Shown here: piece by piece, positions 47,385 to 62,340 of the stretch
Numbering within the stretch: position 1 is the first letter of the stretch
How the letters are laid out: each line of letters begins with the position of its first letter
Assembly (NCBI RefSeq): GCF_009914755.1
Contig: NC_060925.1
From: the human T2T-CHM13v2.0 reference genome, Homo sapiens
Direction: 5' to 3' (one strand)
Length of the DNA stretch: 64,000 bases
Notes under the pieces: generated by a model
The model's input: the letters and a program-made list of their open reading frames with translations, nothing else
What the model was told of the DNA's origin: nothing
Database searches by the model: none
Position numbers and translations under genes: made by a program

Positions 47385-48050
47385 CATAATTATTCCTTAT
47401 TCATCGAACACCTATTGTGTTCTAGTAATTCACATGCAACACATCCTTAAAATCTTATCACAACCCTGGGAGTGAGGCTGTGTTATCTCCATGCAGATGA
47501 GGACAGAAAAGCCCGGAGGTTAAGCGACTTGCCCAAGTTCCCAGAGTCCTAAATCATGGTGTTGGAATTCCCAGTTTTGTCCTTGGAAATCCAAAGTCTT
47601 AGCACCATAATACCTCTCCCAGGCAGCAAGCTCACTAGCTGGGGAGCACACGGGCTTATTTTCCTAATAATCATTTCTTTCCTGTAAGAAAAAAGCCAAC
47701 CACAAGGCCCCCTATTCTTGTTTTTGCCTATGGTAGCCTCCCCAGGAGATGGAATGCCGCCTCTGGGTGTCAGGGCAGAGTAGTCCTCTCTCCTGTGTTG
47801 GAGTTTTCCTTTTCCCACCTTCTCCCCAGTTACACACGGCAGAGTCCAAGACGGGTTGAGGTAAAACAGCATCGATGCGAAAAGGAAGCAGATGGGAGAG
47901 TTTGGTCAAGTTGCTTCATCTTTTTGAGACTCAATTTACCCATCTGTACAGTGGAAATAATAATAGTACCAACTAAAGATCTGTCATTCCAAAGATGGTG
48001 TCTGTAAAACACCTTGCCTCATTCACCATAAATGCTTAATGCATGTTAGT
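47385..48050. mobile_element. MIR fragments (about 47385-47600 -, 47900-48050 +)
   Basis: gcagatgagga...ggttaagcgacttgcccaag; catctgtacagtggaaataataatagtacc. Confidence 0.65.
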
Positions 48051-49224
48051 CCTCAGCTCCTTCTGGCATTACATGCTTGCCAGATGACCTGTCAGTGCTC
48101 CCACTGACTCAGTTTCCCATTAGATTGTGGCGCTCTCTGCTCCATCTCCACCCTCATGAACTATGTCAAGATGACTTTTGTCTTGTCTGTAAAATACTAA
48201 AGTGATCTGAGGCTGAGTGTTGTGTCAGTGGGAGTTGTTTTCATGTAAACATGTACAGGAGATGGCTAGGTGGAGATAGGGCTGTTTACTTTGTGTCTCT
48301 ATAGACTCCATTTGTGTGTTCATCATAATATCCTAATGACACGGTATAGCCCAGGAATGCCTGTTTCCTAGGTCTAGGGGTGGTTGTTATTCCTGCAGCC
48401 CTCATGGTATGTCCGTTTTAAAAGACAGCACATTGGAAAACTCTTTTCCCAGTTTACAGATGACATCACTGGCATGAAACAAGATCAGACCAGCAGCTAA
48501 ACCAGAAAGTTTTGAGTTTTCTCTACCCTACTGCCCTTCACCCTTTCTGGTCTCTGGTTCTTAAAGACCAAATCGAGTTTCTGAGAACTTCCATGATGGC
48601 TAGGCATTGAGGACAGCCTGCCGTGGAAATGGTTCTGAAACCATCGGCTGTTACAAGGGGCTTTCCTCTAGGAGGGCGATGGGAACTCTGGCTCAAAGCT
48701 GCAAGCTGAACTTGTTGCTGAAATAAACATTTCAGCCAGGCTGTGCGGTGGCTCTTCCTCGAATCTCAGCACTTGATCCCAAGTCAAATGTGGTGCTCAG
48801 TTTAAGGAGCTGAAAGAGGTGCCCTGTTGGATGGGAGAGTCTGTGAATTGGCACTTTCAGAGATGTGGGGAAGGGAAAAGATAGAGGGGGATGCTGGCTT
48901 GGTGGGATGGAGGCCCGAACACCTTGAATTGCTCAGGGAGAATGTCCTGAGATCGGCAGGTGATGGCCCTGTGATGGTGACAGCTCTGACCTCCAGGGTG
49001 CGTGACCCAGGGACTAGAGCAGGAGGTGCAGACAGTGGATGTTTGCACAATCCGCACCTGCTTCTGCCTCGATTGCGTTTTACTCTGAGATGTTCCACAA
49101 CTCACTTTCCCTGTTGGCACCAAGGGAATAACTCCTTCTGAAGGACGGATCATTCCAGAGCCCCCTCAGAGTGAACCAGGTGCTCACTGGAGGTTCTTAA
49201 GCTGGGAACAGGAATCCGGTTCTT

Positions 49225-49560
49225 TGATCTTTCATTGTCCATTCATTCGGTCACATTTCTTGAGCATCTGCTCCGGGCCAGGCACTGTTGTAGCTGCCAG
49301 GGATATGGCAGCAAAGGAGATGACTGCAGCCCTGGTTTCCATGGAGCTTATAGTCTGTGGGAGGAGATTTCCAGTAGGCAAATAGGCACAGGATATGTCC
49401 AGAGATGGTGTAAGTGCTATGCAGAAAAATAAAGCCGGGGAGGGGTTAGAATGATGGGAGCAGGTGCTGCTTAGTTTTTAGGTAGGGTGGACAGAGGAGC
49501 ACGTTCTAGAATGAAGTGAGGTGTGTGGGTGCTGAGTTTCTAAGGCAAGAGGGTGTTGCC
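49225..49560 (-). mobile_element. L2 fragment
   Basis: cattcattc..ttgagcatctgctccgggccaggcactgt...catggagcttatagtct. Confidence 0.72.
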
Positions 49561-50072
49561 GATCAGCTAAAGGAACTAAGCCATTTTTAAAAGGTGGTGG
49601 GAAATTAGTATCTTTGTAGACGAGGCACTCTACAGGTCTGTAACTGAAGCATCTGCACTCTAACCCTTTTGCTCCATTTGGCATTTCTCTTAACCCCGAG
49701 CTCAGAAAGCCACGTGGCCTTATTCTGCCTCTTCACATCCTCTACCTTTTTAAAATTCTGTATTATTTTATTACGATGATCATTTGGGTTCTTATCACTT
49801 CTTGCCCCTCCCCTTTACATGAAACCCGCGGTTGAGGGGACTGGGGCGCTTGTGTGTCTTTGTCTTTGTGTACCGGCTCCCAGCACTGTACCCTTCTGGG
49901 GACCAGTTGTGTCGTGAACGAAACAGGATGCCTTGTCTTCATGGGTCCTCCCAGCAACCCAGTGGGGAAGTGCAGTTGCTAATCCCATCCACAGATGGGG
50001 AAACTGGTCCTTAGAACAGTTCAGTAACTGCCCAAGGCCACACAGCCAGTGGGTGTCCCAACCGGGAATTTA

Positions 50073-50567
<495 letters not shown>

Positions 50568-50919
50568 TTAGCAATTTCAGTGGGAGGTCTGCTCTCTGTG
50601 AGCCGTTCTGAGAAGAACTTGTGCTGGGACTGGATGAGATGCAATCTCCACTGCTTGGAATTAAGAATGGTTTTACGAAGCTGCCCACTAGGACCCATTG
50701 GTGGGTTTCGTGTGAGCATACTTCTGCTAGCAGGGCGAGGGCAGGATGGAGGCAATGGAGGGCTTGGTTCTTCTGGACAATCAGGGTGAAAGCCACTGCT
50801 GAGATCCATTTCCCTGAGGAGTCTCAACCTGTGGTCCGGCACCCTCTGCCCTCCACCCTGTGTTGTGGTCCACTGTGATGGACTGAACTTTATCCTTCTG
50901 CCAAGGCTGGTGGCACGCC

Positions 50920-51085
50920 ATAGTGGGTACAGGGCACCAGTTTTGGAATCAAACACACACTGATTTGAATTTGTCAGCTCTGCTCCTTACTAGCTATATG
51001 CCCCTAAGCAAGTTATTTAATGTCCCAAGCCTCAGTTTACCCTTCTGTAAAATGGAAATTGTATTACCCACCTCAGAGTTGTTGG
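50920..51085 (+). mobile_element. MIR
   Basis: agcaagttatttaa..agcctcagttt..ctgtaaaatggaaat. Confidence 0.72.
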
Positions 51086-51299
51086 AAATTGGACAGGAAT
51101 CTGTGTGATTAGCATCCTTTCCCCCTGTGGGGCCTGATGCTACCCATGCCATAAGGAAGGAGGGGGAATTCCTATTCCTCTAGACTCCAAAGGACTTGAT
51201 GTATATGTGTTTAAAATATATATAGTACATTTTCTTTTATTTTTGAAGTTTGAAATATTGGGATTTACTCAAACAGGTGACTCCAAAGGGCTGCTAGCT

Positions 51300-51712
51300 G
51301 CTTATTTGGCTTTCTGAGTCATCACGAAATCTCCATAATGGGCACCAAGCACCATTTATGTTCTTTGTAATACTCCAGTTGAGTGAACTGGACAATTTGC
51401 CAGGACCCTCCAGCCATTCTGGAGGAAGAAGAGTTTGTTCATTTTTTAAATCATCTCAAGAGGAAAATAGCACCCCTGGCTCTGGGGTTAGCCTCCCTCA
51501 TCTGTAACACAGCAAGCTGACAAAAATGGAACGTCAGCACATTTGCATGTAGACAGATTTTAGTCCCAGCAGATAAGCACACCCAACATGTCATTAAACC
51601 CGGCCGAAGCCATCGCCCTGGGGATCCCGTGTTTGCTGTGAGTCACTAAGGGCTGTAAACACTCCAGAGAGACAGGCATGGTTATAAGGGGTGTGCGGGC
51701 GTGGAGTTATTT
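51300..51712 (+). promoter_or_regulatory. KAZN: Putative TATA-type alternative promoter
   Basis: TGAGTCA (AP-1) at 51315-51321 and 51639-51645, octamer ATTTGCAT 51541-51548, AGATAAG 51571-51577, TGTAAACA 51654-51661, TATAA 51683-51687; repeat-free with locally retained CpGs. Confidence 0.55.
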
Positions 51713-52018
51713 TAATGGATTTACTCTCCGTGAGTGCGTCTTATGTTGCGGGTGCCAGATGAGTGCCTTTCAAGGGAGAGGGAAGGTCAGGCTTGCCTCC
51801 TGTTCACAAGGACAACCTCTGTCTCCCTTGTGGCGGCTTCTATGAAGGTGGGGACTCCAGGCTTTCTCTCGTCTGCTTTTTGGATGCCTTCAAGAGAGGC
51901 CAGTTAGAGGATATCAATTGTGGCAATTCCCCAGAGCCCTCATCAGATGGCATTAGCCCGTCATGTGCTGCAGTGGCACCCAGTTTGGAGGAAATTCGGA
52001 ACCAGAAGAGTGTGACAG
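51712..52018 (+). other. KAZN: Probable non-coding alternative first exon (kazrin C-type)
   Basis: Start inferred about 30 nt after TATAA; ends at donor CAG|GTACGT (52018/52019). KAZN is recalled to have non-coding first exons downstream of exon 1b. Start coordinate approximate. Confidence 0.55.
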
Positions 52019-53127
52019 GTACGTGAGTGCTGGCCGCTGTCCCAGCCCTGAACTGGCTGACACTGAGTCTGGCCTAAGCAGCGGGGAGCTGGTGGGCTCT
52101 GGGTGGGGCCCGTCCTCAGTCTACGTGCTGGACACTGGGGACTGTTTTGGGAAACACCCTCCACCTGGCACCAGGTGGGTAATCTGCCGGTGCCCGTGGT
52201 CTCGTCTTTTGTTGCTTCTTGGATTCGGAGGCTGGCTCAGGCTCCCAGCTAGTTTGGGCTGTAACTTTATCACAGGCATTCACTGTGTTCACTACCTTTT
52301 AATTGTACAGAAGTTTCAGAAAAGCTCTCCTGGGGAATTGGAGAGAAGTAAAAACAACAGCTGCTATTTCCCGGATGCTTAATTCCCTCCCCTCACAGCA
52401 CAGCCTCAGCAGCATGTTCCTGACTTTGAAGTTCTATGTGCCCAGGCTGGGAAGAATGTGGATTTTCGCTCAGTCGGGTCCCATTAGTGTGGAAGGATCA
52501 TTGACTGAGGGCCGAGCAGGAACCAAGCACCTTGTTACATGTGTTCCTTTTGATCCCCCTCTTCCTGTCAGGCAGCTGCCATTCTCCCCATCTTACGGGT
52601 GAGACCACTGAAGCTTGGGAGAGGTTACACCGGCTGTGGAAAGTAGCTGTTCCAGGCTGCCATGCTGCCCTCCTGGGACCCTTCCTCCTGCAGTTTCCTT
52701 GTCAGCTGACGATTCCCCGGGCTACCAGGCCACAGAGCGGAGGCTGAGCTGCCGAGAGTCACAGGACTTTTCTTCCTGGCACCTTCGGCTCACTGGCTGC
52801 CAATCAGCCAGAGCCAGTTGGGAGGGGGGAACCCTGGGGGCCCAGAGTGGCCCCCGATCTCTGTCAACAGGAGACTCTGCCCCTGCCCCTTCACCCCAGC
52901 CCGAAGCCAGAGGCAAGCTGGCTCCTGACGGGAGACTCCCCCGCCACAACCATTTGGAAATCTAGAATGCAGAGCCCTGAGAGGGAAACCTCTGCAGGGA
53001 TGGGGTGAACCCGTTCCCTCTACTAGGTGAGGAAACTGAGGCCCGAGGCTGGGAAGGGACCATACTCCAGGGTGTCACACAGGGAGGCTTCCAGGGCCAG
53101 ATATGAAACCTTAGAAAAGGTATGGGA

Positions 53128-53431
53128 GGCTGGGCTCGATGGCTCACACCTGTAGTCCCAGCACTTTGGGTGGCCGAAGCAGGCGGAGCACTTGAGGTCA
53201 GGAGTTCAGGACCAGCCTGGGCAACATGGTGAAACCCCATCTCTACTAAAAAAAAAAAATACAAAAATGAGCCCAGCATGGTGGCGCATGCCTGTAGTCC
53301 CAGCTACTCGGAAGGCTGAGGAAGGAAAATTGATTGAATCCAGGAGAAGAGGCAGAGGTTATAGTGAGCTAAGATCATGCCACTGCACTCCAGCCTGGGC
53401 AACAGAGCAAGACTCTGTCTTTAAAAAAAAA
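53128..53431 (+). mobile_element. Alu (J/S)
   Basis: Full dimer. Confidence 0.88.
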
Positions 53432-54449
53432 GAGAGAAGTCATGGGAATGTCTTGGCAGCACTGGAAATTTTCACCCTTTACCATCTTCCCAGCCCTCTC
53501 TGACCCATTCAAGGAGGGTCTCAGACTTCAGGGATTGCAGCGGTCTGGGGTGCTTGCTAAGGTATAGATTCTCAGGCTCCCCTCCTCCCCCGCCAGGAAT
53601 CTGGATTTGTATCAAGTACCCTGCGTAATTTTGGCATTCCACAGATCAGACATTGAGAACCTCTGCCCTTTGCTTTCCTGGGATTGGGTTAATTTTTTTA
53701 GAGTAAGAAACCCAGGAGGGCACATACTCTGGTTTACACTGTGTTGCCCAGGCTGGAGCACAGGGACGATTCACAGGCACGATCAGGGCACGCTAGCACC
53801 TTTTCACTCCCACCAGTGGCCCAAAGTACACAGTCAGGTAGATGGACATCTAAGTTAAATCTCGCTTTTTTTCCTTTTTGTGCCAACCCCTGTCCGGGCA
53901 CACGTGTTCCCAGAATCTACTAGAAAGAGGCACGTGCCTTTCTCAGTCTTGTGAACTCACAAGACTGCCGTGCAGTGAGAGAACACATGGAGGCTTTGGT
54001 GGTAGCTGTTTGGATACCCTGCTCCCGGCTCCAGGCTGCCCACCAGCACCCCGTGTTTCCCGTTCACCCTGAATTCCTGGCTCCTTGAGCCCCGCAGAGG
54101 AGCCAAGGCGCTGGGCAGGGTGCTAAGGAGACAGAGGAGACCAAACTCTTGTCCTGTGATTCACCTCTGGGCCGCCTGTGGGGCCTGTTCGTCCATGCTC
54201 CCCACTATGGCTCCCCACCCTCCCCGCCCCGTCCCCTGCCCCGGGTCCCTTTCATTGTCGGGCGTGATGCCGTTCAGGTGGTCAGACATCCAGCTGGGTG
54301 CTTGTCTGTGCTTCCTCTGGCATCTCTACCTGTGTCAGCCAGACAGTGGAGAGCCACGTGGGGGAGTTTCTATTTACTCTCTACCCTTTGGGGAGGGAAG
54401 CCAAGGGGCCTGGGAGGTTTCGAGGAGAGCCTGCGTGGGGCCCTCCCCT

Positions 54450-54560
54450 GCATGGTAGCCCCTGGGCTTAAATGCAGCTAGTACGACTGAAGAACTGAGC
54501 TTTAAATTGTACTTAATTGTAAAAGGCCCCATGTGGCTAGAGGCTCCCATGTTGGAGCTG
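54450..54560. mobile_element. MER3/MER33-like fragment
   Basis: gctagtacgactgaagaactga...catgtggctag. Confidence 0.55.
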
Positions 54561-54753
54561 GCCCTGAATCAGGGCATGAGGCTCATGAGTGTTTCCAAGG
54601 CCCGTCTTAGCTTGGGAAGCCTGAGATGTGTGTTTTTCCACCGACAAGATGTGTGTTTTCCACCCACAAGGAGCTGAGCCCTGACATCGGTGGGCTCAAA
54701 TGCAGAGTCCCACCCCAGAAACTGACTCCAGGGTGGAGTTCAGAACCCTGCAC

Positions 54754-55048
54754 TTTTTTTTTTTAATTGAATTTTTTGTATTATGGTAAAATGTATGTAA
54801 CATAAAATTGACCATTTTAACCATTGTTCGATATTCAATTTAGTGGCATTAAGCGCATTTACAGTGTTGAAGGGCCATCACCACAATCCATTTCCAAAAT
54901 TTCTTCATCACCCCAAACAGAAACCATGGCCCATTAAACACTAACTCTCCATCCCTCTCCCCAGCCCCTGCCAACCACCATTCCAGTTTCTGTCTGTATG
55001 TGTTGGCCTGTTCCAGGTACCTCATCTAAGTAGGATCACACCGTAGTT
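54754..55048 (-). mobile_element. L1M (L1MB-like) 3' end inside a MER5-like element
   Basis: aacataaaattgaccattttaaccatt...catcaccccaaacagaaacc...cccagcccctgccaaccacc. Confidence 0.82.
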
Positions 55049-55064
55049 GCAGGGTTCTGCACTA

Positions 55065-55408
<344 letters not shown>

Positions 55409-55580
55409 TGATGGTCCTGGAACCACATCTGGAAGTACCTTGTCTTAAGTGTTTTATCCCCAACATGTCTCACACTTCCCTTAGCCCTTTAAACAGGGCT
55501 CCCTCACAGGTGCACTGGGAAGGTTTGGGGAAGATGTAAATCCAGGTATCTTTTTCCAATAATTAAAATCAGCACCTTGA

Positions 55581-56126
<546 letters not shown>

Positions 56127-56171
56127 AGGATGTACCTTTTTAAAAAGAGAAATGATTGGGGTTTTTGTCAG

Positions 56172-56475
56172 TTTTCTTTTCTTTTTTTTTTTTTCTTTGA
56201 GATGGAGTCTCGCTCTGTCACCAAGGCTGGAGTGCAGTGGTGCGTCTTGGCTCACTGCAACCTCCGCCTCCCAGGTTCAAACAATTCTCTGCTTCAGCCT
56301 CCCGAGTAGCTGGGATTACAGGCGCCTGCCACCACGCCCGGCTAATTTTTGTATTTTTAGTAGAGACGGGGTTTCACCATCTTGGCCAGACTGGTCTTGA
56401 ACTCCTGACCTTGTGATCCACCTGCCTTGGCCTCCCAAAGTGCTGGGATTACAGGCGTGAGCCACTGCGCCCGGC
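56172..56475 (-). mobile_element. AluS
   Basis: Full dimer. Confidence 0.9.
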
Positions 56476-57202
56476 CCTCCTTTTTCATAGCATATTTGTG
56501 ACTGCTAAGCCCCAGGACCACTCCTTGCCCTGGGGTTTTGAACAGAAGGGCACCTGCTGCTTAGACGCTGTAGTGTAGGGAGACAACCTTTCCTTCAGTA
56601 TGAGACAGATTTTCTGTTCAGCAACGGGACAGGCTGCCCTGGGAGGCAGTGGGTTCCCCAGCACTGGAGGCATCAGGCAGGGACTGGGTGTGCCCCATCA
56701 GGGTACCAGAGTGGTCATTTGGGGGCTGATGCTGGCCAGTATCCATCTAAATACTCAATTGCCCATCCTGGCCTCCAGTCGCCCCCTCCATCTCTCCTTT
56801 CAGAGAAGGGTGGGGAGGTTGGGCCAGCCAGGTCTGTGGCCCTGCAGCCACCTTCACACCATGAGCGTTCCCTGCTGCCCAACAGCTTCAAACATCCCAG
56901 GCTGAGGGTCATCGCTGATCTGGGGTAGCCCTTCTTCTAGCGCCGGGGGCCTCTGTGGCATTCCCGTAAACCTCCCTGGCTGGGGAGGAGTTGCTGGACT
57001 TGCATTTCCACAGTGCCAGCCCTCAGCCTTCCTGTGCTCCTTCCAGGCCCTCCTGGGTGCACCAGCGGCTGACCAAGGGGCAAACCTGCATCCCTGGTTT
57101 TCCCTCTGCAGGGACAGAGGCTACCCCTTGGGTTCTGGAGCAGTCACGGATGCCTCCCCTGCCAGTCTGGCCTGACTTCTCCCTCCCACCAGGGTACAGT
57201 GG

Positions 57203-57330
57203 TTCTTTCTTTTTTCTTTCTTTCTTTTTGAGACAGAGTTTCACTCTTGTTGACAAGGCTGGAGTGCGGTGGCGCAATCTTGGCTCTCTGCAACCTCTGC
57301 CTCCTGGGTTCAAGAAATTCTCCTGTCTTC
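57203..57330 (-). mobile_element. 5'-truncated Alu (part of right arm)
   Basis: T-rich tail, then gagacagagtttcactcttgtt...ttcaagaaattctcctg. Confidence 0.85.
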
Positions 57331-57414
57331 CTAGCATCAGGGGCCCTACTGTGTCCTTTGTGCCTTTGCCCCCAACCCCCAGCCCCATCCCCCAGAACCG
57401 CTTGAGCTGGACCA

Positions 57415-57596
57415 TCGATTCTCAAGGTGTGCCGCCAGGACCAGCAACATCAGCAGTGCCCGAGAACATATTAGAAATGCAAATTCTCTGTCCACTCCGG
57501 ACCTACAGAATCAGAAACTGGGGGTGGGCCCAGTCTGGGTGTTAACAAGCCCTGCAAGGCGATGCTGATGTAACTATAGTCTGAAAGCAGCCACTG
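57415..57596. mobile_element. MER5A
   Basis: ttctcaaggtgt..gaccagcaacatcagca..ttagaaatgcaaattctc..agaatcagaaactggggg. Confidence 0.78.
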
Positions 57597-58361
57597 AGCA
57601 AGGTGGCTCTAGAAAGCTTTTTCCACTTCTATTTTTCCTCTCTCCCTCCCTCTCCCCTCTCCCTTCCCCTTCTCCCTGTACCCTGGCCTGTTCCCTGCCC
57701 AGCTGCCAAGGGCTGGTTGGCCCTTCTATGCCTAGGGGCTACTGGATGTGTCACTAGATGGTCTGTCTGCCTTTCACAAGGGCCTTCAGAGATCCTGGCC
57801 TTACCCATGGGACAGCCCTAATGGTGATGTTGGTGGGGCAAGCGGAGCTGCAGCCTATAGCACCCCCGCCCCATCTTCTCTCCCAACATCCCAGGTGGTG
57901 GCCGCCTGCTCCCCAGTGCCAGAATTTTAGAAGAGCAGAGGGCCAGATGGGCCCATTTCCCTGGAGCCTCCAAGCCCCCCTGCCCTTGGGGACGCCTGGA
58001 CAACATCCGCCCATCCCACAGCTGTGCTCAGCAGACATTGCTTTTCCATGTCATGTCTCTCCAGTGTGTGGAAAGGCAGGGGAGGTGACGGGCAGAACAT
58101 CAACCCTGGCTTTGCAGATTACCTGCTGTGGGACCTTGTACAGTTCACTCACCCTCTGGACCTGTGTCCCTGTTTGGTGAAATGAAATCATAGTGTCAGC
58201 CTGGCCTAGCTCACGGATCTGTGGTTGCTTTACGAGAGCCCGTGGATTTGGAAGTGCTTCACTCACTCTGAGGCACATTAGAGATGCGGTTGGTACCATC
58301 AGATGCAGTTGGTATCATCGGTTGGTAGCTGTAGGATGCTGGTGAAGACAGACCTGTACCT

Positions 58362-58471
58362 GGGGCGACCAAATTGTCCTGTTTTTCTCAGGACTTTCTT
58401 GGTTCTAGCACTGGACATCCCGCACCATGGGATATGCCTTGGTCTCAGGCAAACCGGGCTGGTTGATCACT
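58362..58471. mobile_element. MER81-like (hAT-Blackjack)
   Basis: gggcgaccaaattgtcctgttt...caggcaaaccggg..gttgatcac. Confidence 0.5.
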
Positions 58472-59043
58472 GGGTGCCCTGCTCCACTGTGCCAGCCATA
58501 CTCGGCTACTTTTGCCATATAGAAAGGGATCCCTCCACCCTCCCAGCAGTTAAGGCCTCACCTACCTGCTCCGCCCCCTTTTAGATTCCCTGATCACTTT
58601 GATCCTTCCTCATCCCATAAGTACTTACCAGGCCCCCACTGGGCGCCTGGAACTGACAGCTGAGCAGGACGAACCCTACTTTCATGGCACTTATATTCTG
58701 GAAGAGGGTTTTTTTCTGCCTAAAACTCCTGACTGAAACCAGAAAGGAAAGATACCCTCCCTCACCCTGTCCCCAGATGCGACAAGCCTCCTTGTTCATC
58801 CACATGGCGGGCATCCAGCACCTGCTCTGTTCTCGGTTTTGTGTGAGGCTCCATAAACGTGACAGTCCCCCTTCTGTCTCCAGTGGAGAGGAGCTCAGGG
58901 CCTGTCTGTCCCATGAACCACCCTGGCTCATTCCTACCCTTCACCTTGCTAGTTCTTGCCTCTGTTATCTTCCCACCCCGAACTAAGTCCACATCCCTCC
59001 CCATCCTGGGCCCCCAACCTTTCTGTGAGCCTTTCTTGCTCAT

Positions 59044-59105
59044 TGCAGCCCCTCTGGGCATAATTCTTGCAGTGTGCAGCCCCTCTGGGCATAATTCTTG
59101 CAGTG
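59044..59105 (+). repeat. Perfect 31-bp tandem duplication
   Basis: tgcagcccctctgggcataattcttgcagtg at 59044-59074 and 59075-59105. Confidence 0.98.
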
Positions 59106-60212
59106 CCATCTGCAAGTGTCACCCAGAGGACAGCGTGGCAGAGAGTGGCGCTGCAGAAGGTGAAGATGGCTCCTCAGCAAGCCTGTGTCTATGCCCCTTG
59201 CTAGGTATTATAGGACCAGAGGAGAGCCTTCATCATAGACCCTGCTAGTTAATTACTTGCAGGTTTTCTTAGAGCACCTACTTGGGGCCAGCTCCCTTTC
59301 TAGTTCCCTGCAGAGGAGCTCAGTTTTCTCTTTTACGAGTTGTTTGTACTTTCCTGCCTTTCCCTTCCCCCTCCATCTTCAAGGACTAGCAAATCAGTTG
59401 CCACCTCTTAGGTTCTGTCCACAGTCTCCTGGCCGTAATAATCACGTCCCCTCCGCCTCTCTCCCTGCCATCCTTCTTTGATCACACAAGTCCCAGGTCA
59501 GCTTGTAGGAGGACCCCTGGATCTATCAGCCTCCTGAGTATGGGGCCTGGGTGGGGTTGACTGAACACCTTCTCCTTCCCACCCCAGTGTGCCTGCTCCC
59601 TCAAGGGGCTGCATAAGCACTTGCTGTCACGTCCCCTTCGCCAGTTTCCTGGCACATCCCTGATAGAGCTGAGCACGCTGAGGTCAGCAACAGCAGCTGG
59701 TGTTTTGGGTGCTCCAGACGGCATCTGGCTCCTCTCAGTCTTCCCAGTGGGAGTCTGATCTTCCAGCCTGTGCCTGGAGCGTGGCCATCTCCCTGAAAGG
59801 CGCTGATTGCTCTCCTTTAGAGGTGACTTGAATCCATACCCAGCAGGCAGGCCGATGCTACCTTCTCACAGCAGAGCAGGCATGCATGGCCCAGGAAGGT
59901 AGGAATTTAGCAACAGGGCACCTTTGCCTTACTCTGTGCTTGGTGGTATTTAGGGCGTTTTAGCCTTCCTTGTGTAGAACAGGCTCCCCTCACTGAGCTA
60001 GGACAGGTACACAGACACAGGGCTCTGAGTGTGGGGACGTTGGAGTCTATGTACCAAGTGCTTAGGGTCATAGAGCCCCACTGCCTGGGTGCAAATTGTT
60101 CCAACAGTGGGGACCCTGAGCAAGTTCCTTAACCCCTCTGAGCCTCAATATCTTCATCTGTAAATTGGGGTGCTGGCCCTATCTAGTAGGGGTTTTGTGG
60201 AGATTAAGATCA

Positions 60213-60530
<318 letters not shown>

Positions 60531-60814
60531 GGGTGCTGGAGTGATATAAGACTCACCAGAGAGATGGCCAAGTCAGACAAGTCCAGAGTCCAATACTCAA
60601 TAGGACGTCAAGCACTGGGGCAGGATTTGGACTTCCTGGGGAGAAATTTTTGCAGTTAGCATCTGCCCGGGCTTTGCTCTCCCACTTAGAAGGGGATATC
60701 TGGCGACAGTTGGTCAGAATCTCATGCATTATGAGAAGACCACACTGGAGACTCTCGGGCAAGCTGCTTAATCTCTTTGAGCCTCAGTTTCCACCTCTTG
60801 TAAAATGAGAATGA

Positions 60815-61545
<731 letters not shown>

Positions 61546-62194
61546 TGATGTTTATTAAGCATGAGGTCCGCATTGGCAGTGGGAGGTGCCTCTGCATTGG
61601 GACGTGCCTCTTGCATAGGGTGGAGTGTGTGTACTTGAGGGTGTGCATTCTCGGGCACTCGCCTCTGCCTGTTGGGATATTGAGAGCCGTGACAGTGACT
61701 GAGCTTTGAGCTTTGTTGTCCACGGCACAGGCTCAGGGTCCAGGCACTGTGCTGAGCAGTGATAACAGGAGGTCCCTGCCAGGCTGGACAGAGAGACCCT
61801 GAGCTCCTCCTCTGGAGGCAGAAGGGAGACTATCACATGAACCCCAGTCACAGGGGGCCTGGGTTGACCTAGGGAAGTCCTCAGGCTCAGCCTCAGGAGT
61901 GCCAGGTTCCAAAGGCAGTGGCAGAGCCTTCACCTAGCCTGATCATCCCACCCAGGGAGGGGTCTGCCTCCCTCTGTACCCCTGAAGCGCTTAAATGCCT
62001 GGGAGGCAGGCATTGATTGGTCCCTGCCTAACCAGTGGTTTGGCAGGCCATGGATCAGGTGACCATCTTGGTTCAGTCAGCTGCCTCTGTAAGAGTGGGC
62101 GGGGTACTTGGTATAGAGAGCTGCTTCCTTCCAGGGCCTGTGGGAAAGTAGCTGTGGTGGGAGGAATTTAGGGCAAGGAAGACAGATTGACTCA

Positions 62195-62340
62195 TAATGT
62201 CCAGTGCAGTTGTTCCCCTTGAGTTTGAATACCTTCAGGGATTGGAAACTCACTTCCTCTCCAGGCAACCCCTACAATTTTTGATTCGTTTTAAGCATTC
62301 ACTCACTTTTATATTGAGCCAAAAATTGATCTCACAGTAG
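62195..62340. mobile_element. L3/CR1-like ancient LINE fragment
   Basis: ttgaataccttcagggattggaaactcacttcctctccaggcaaccc. Confidence 0.5.
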
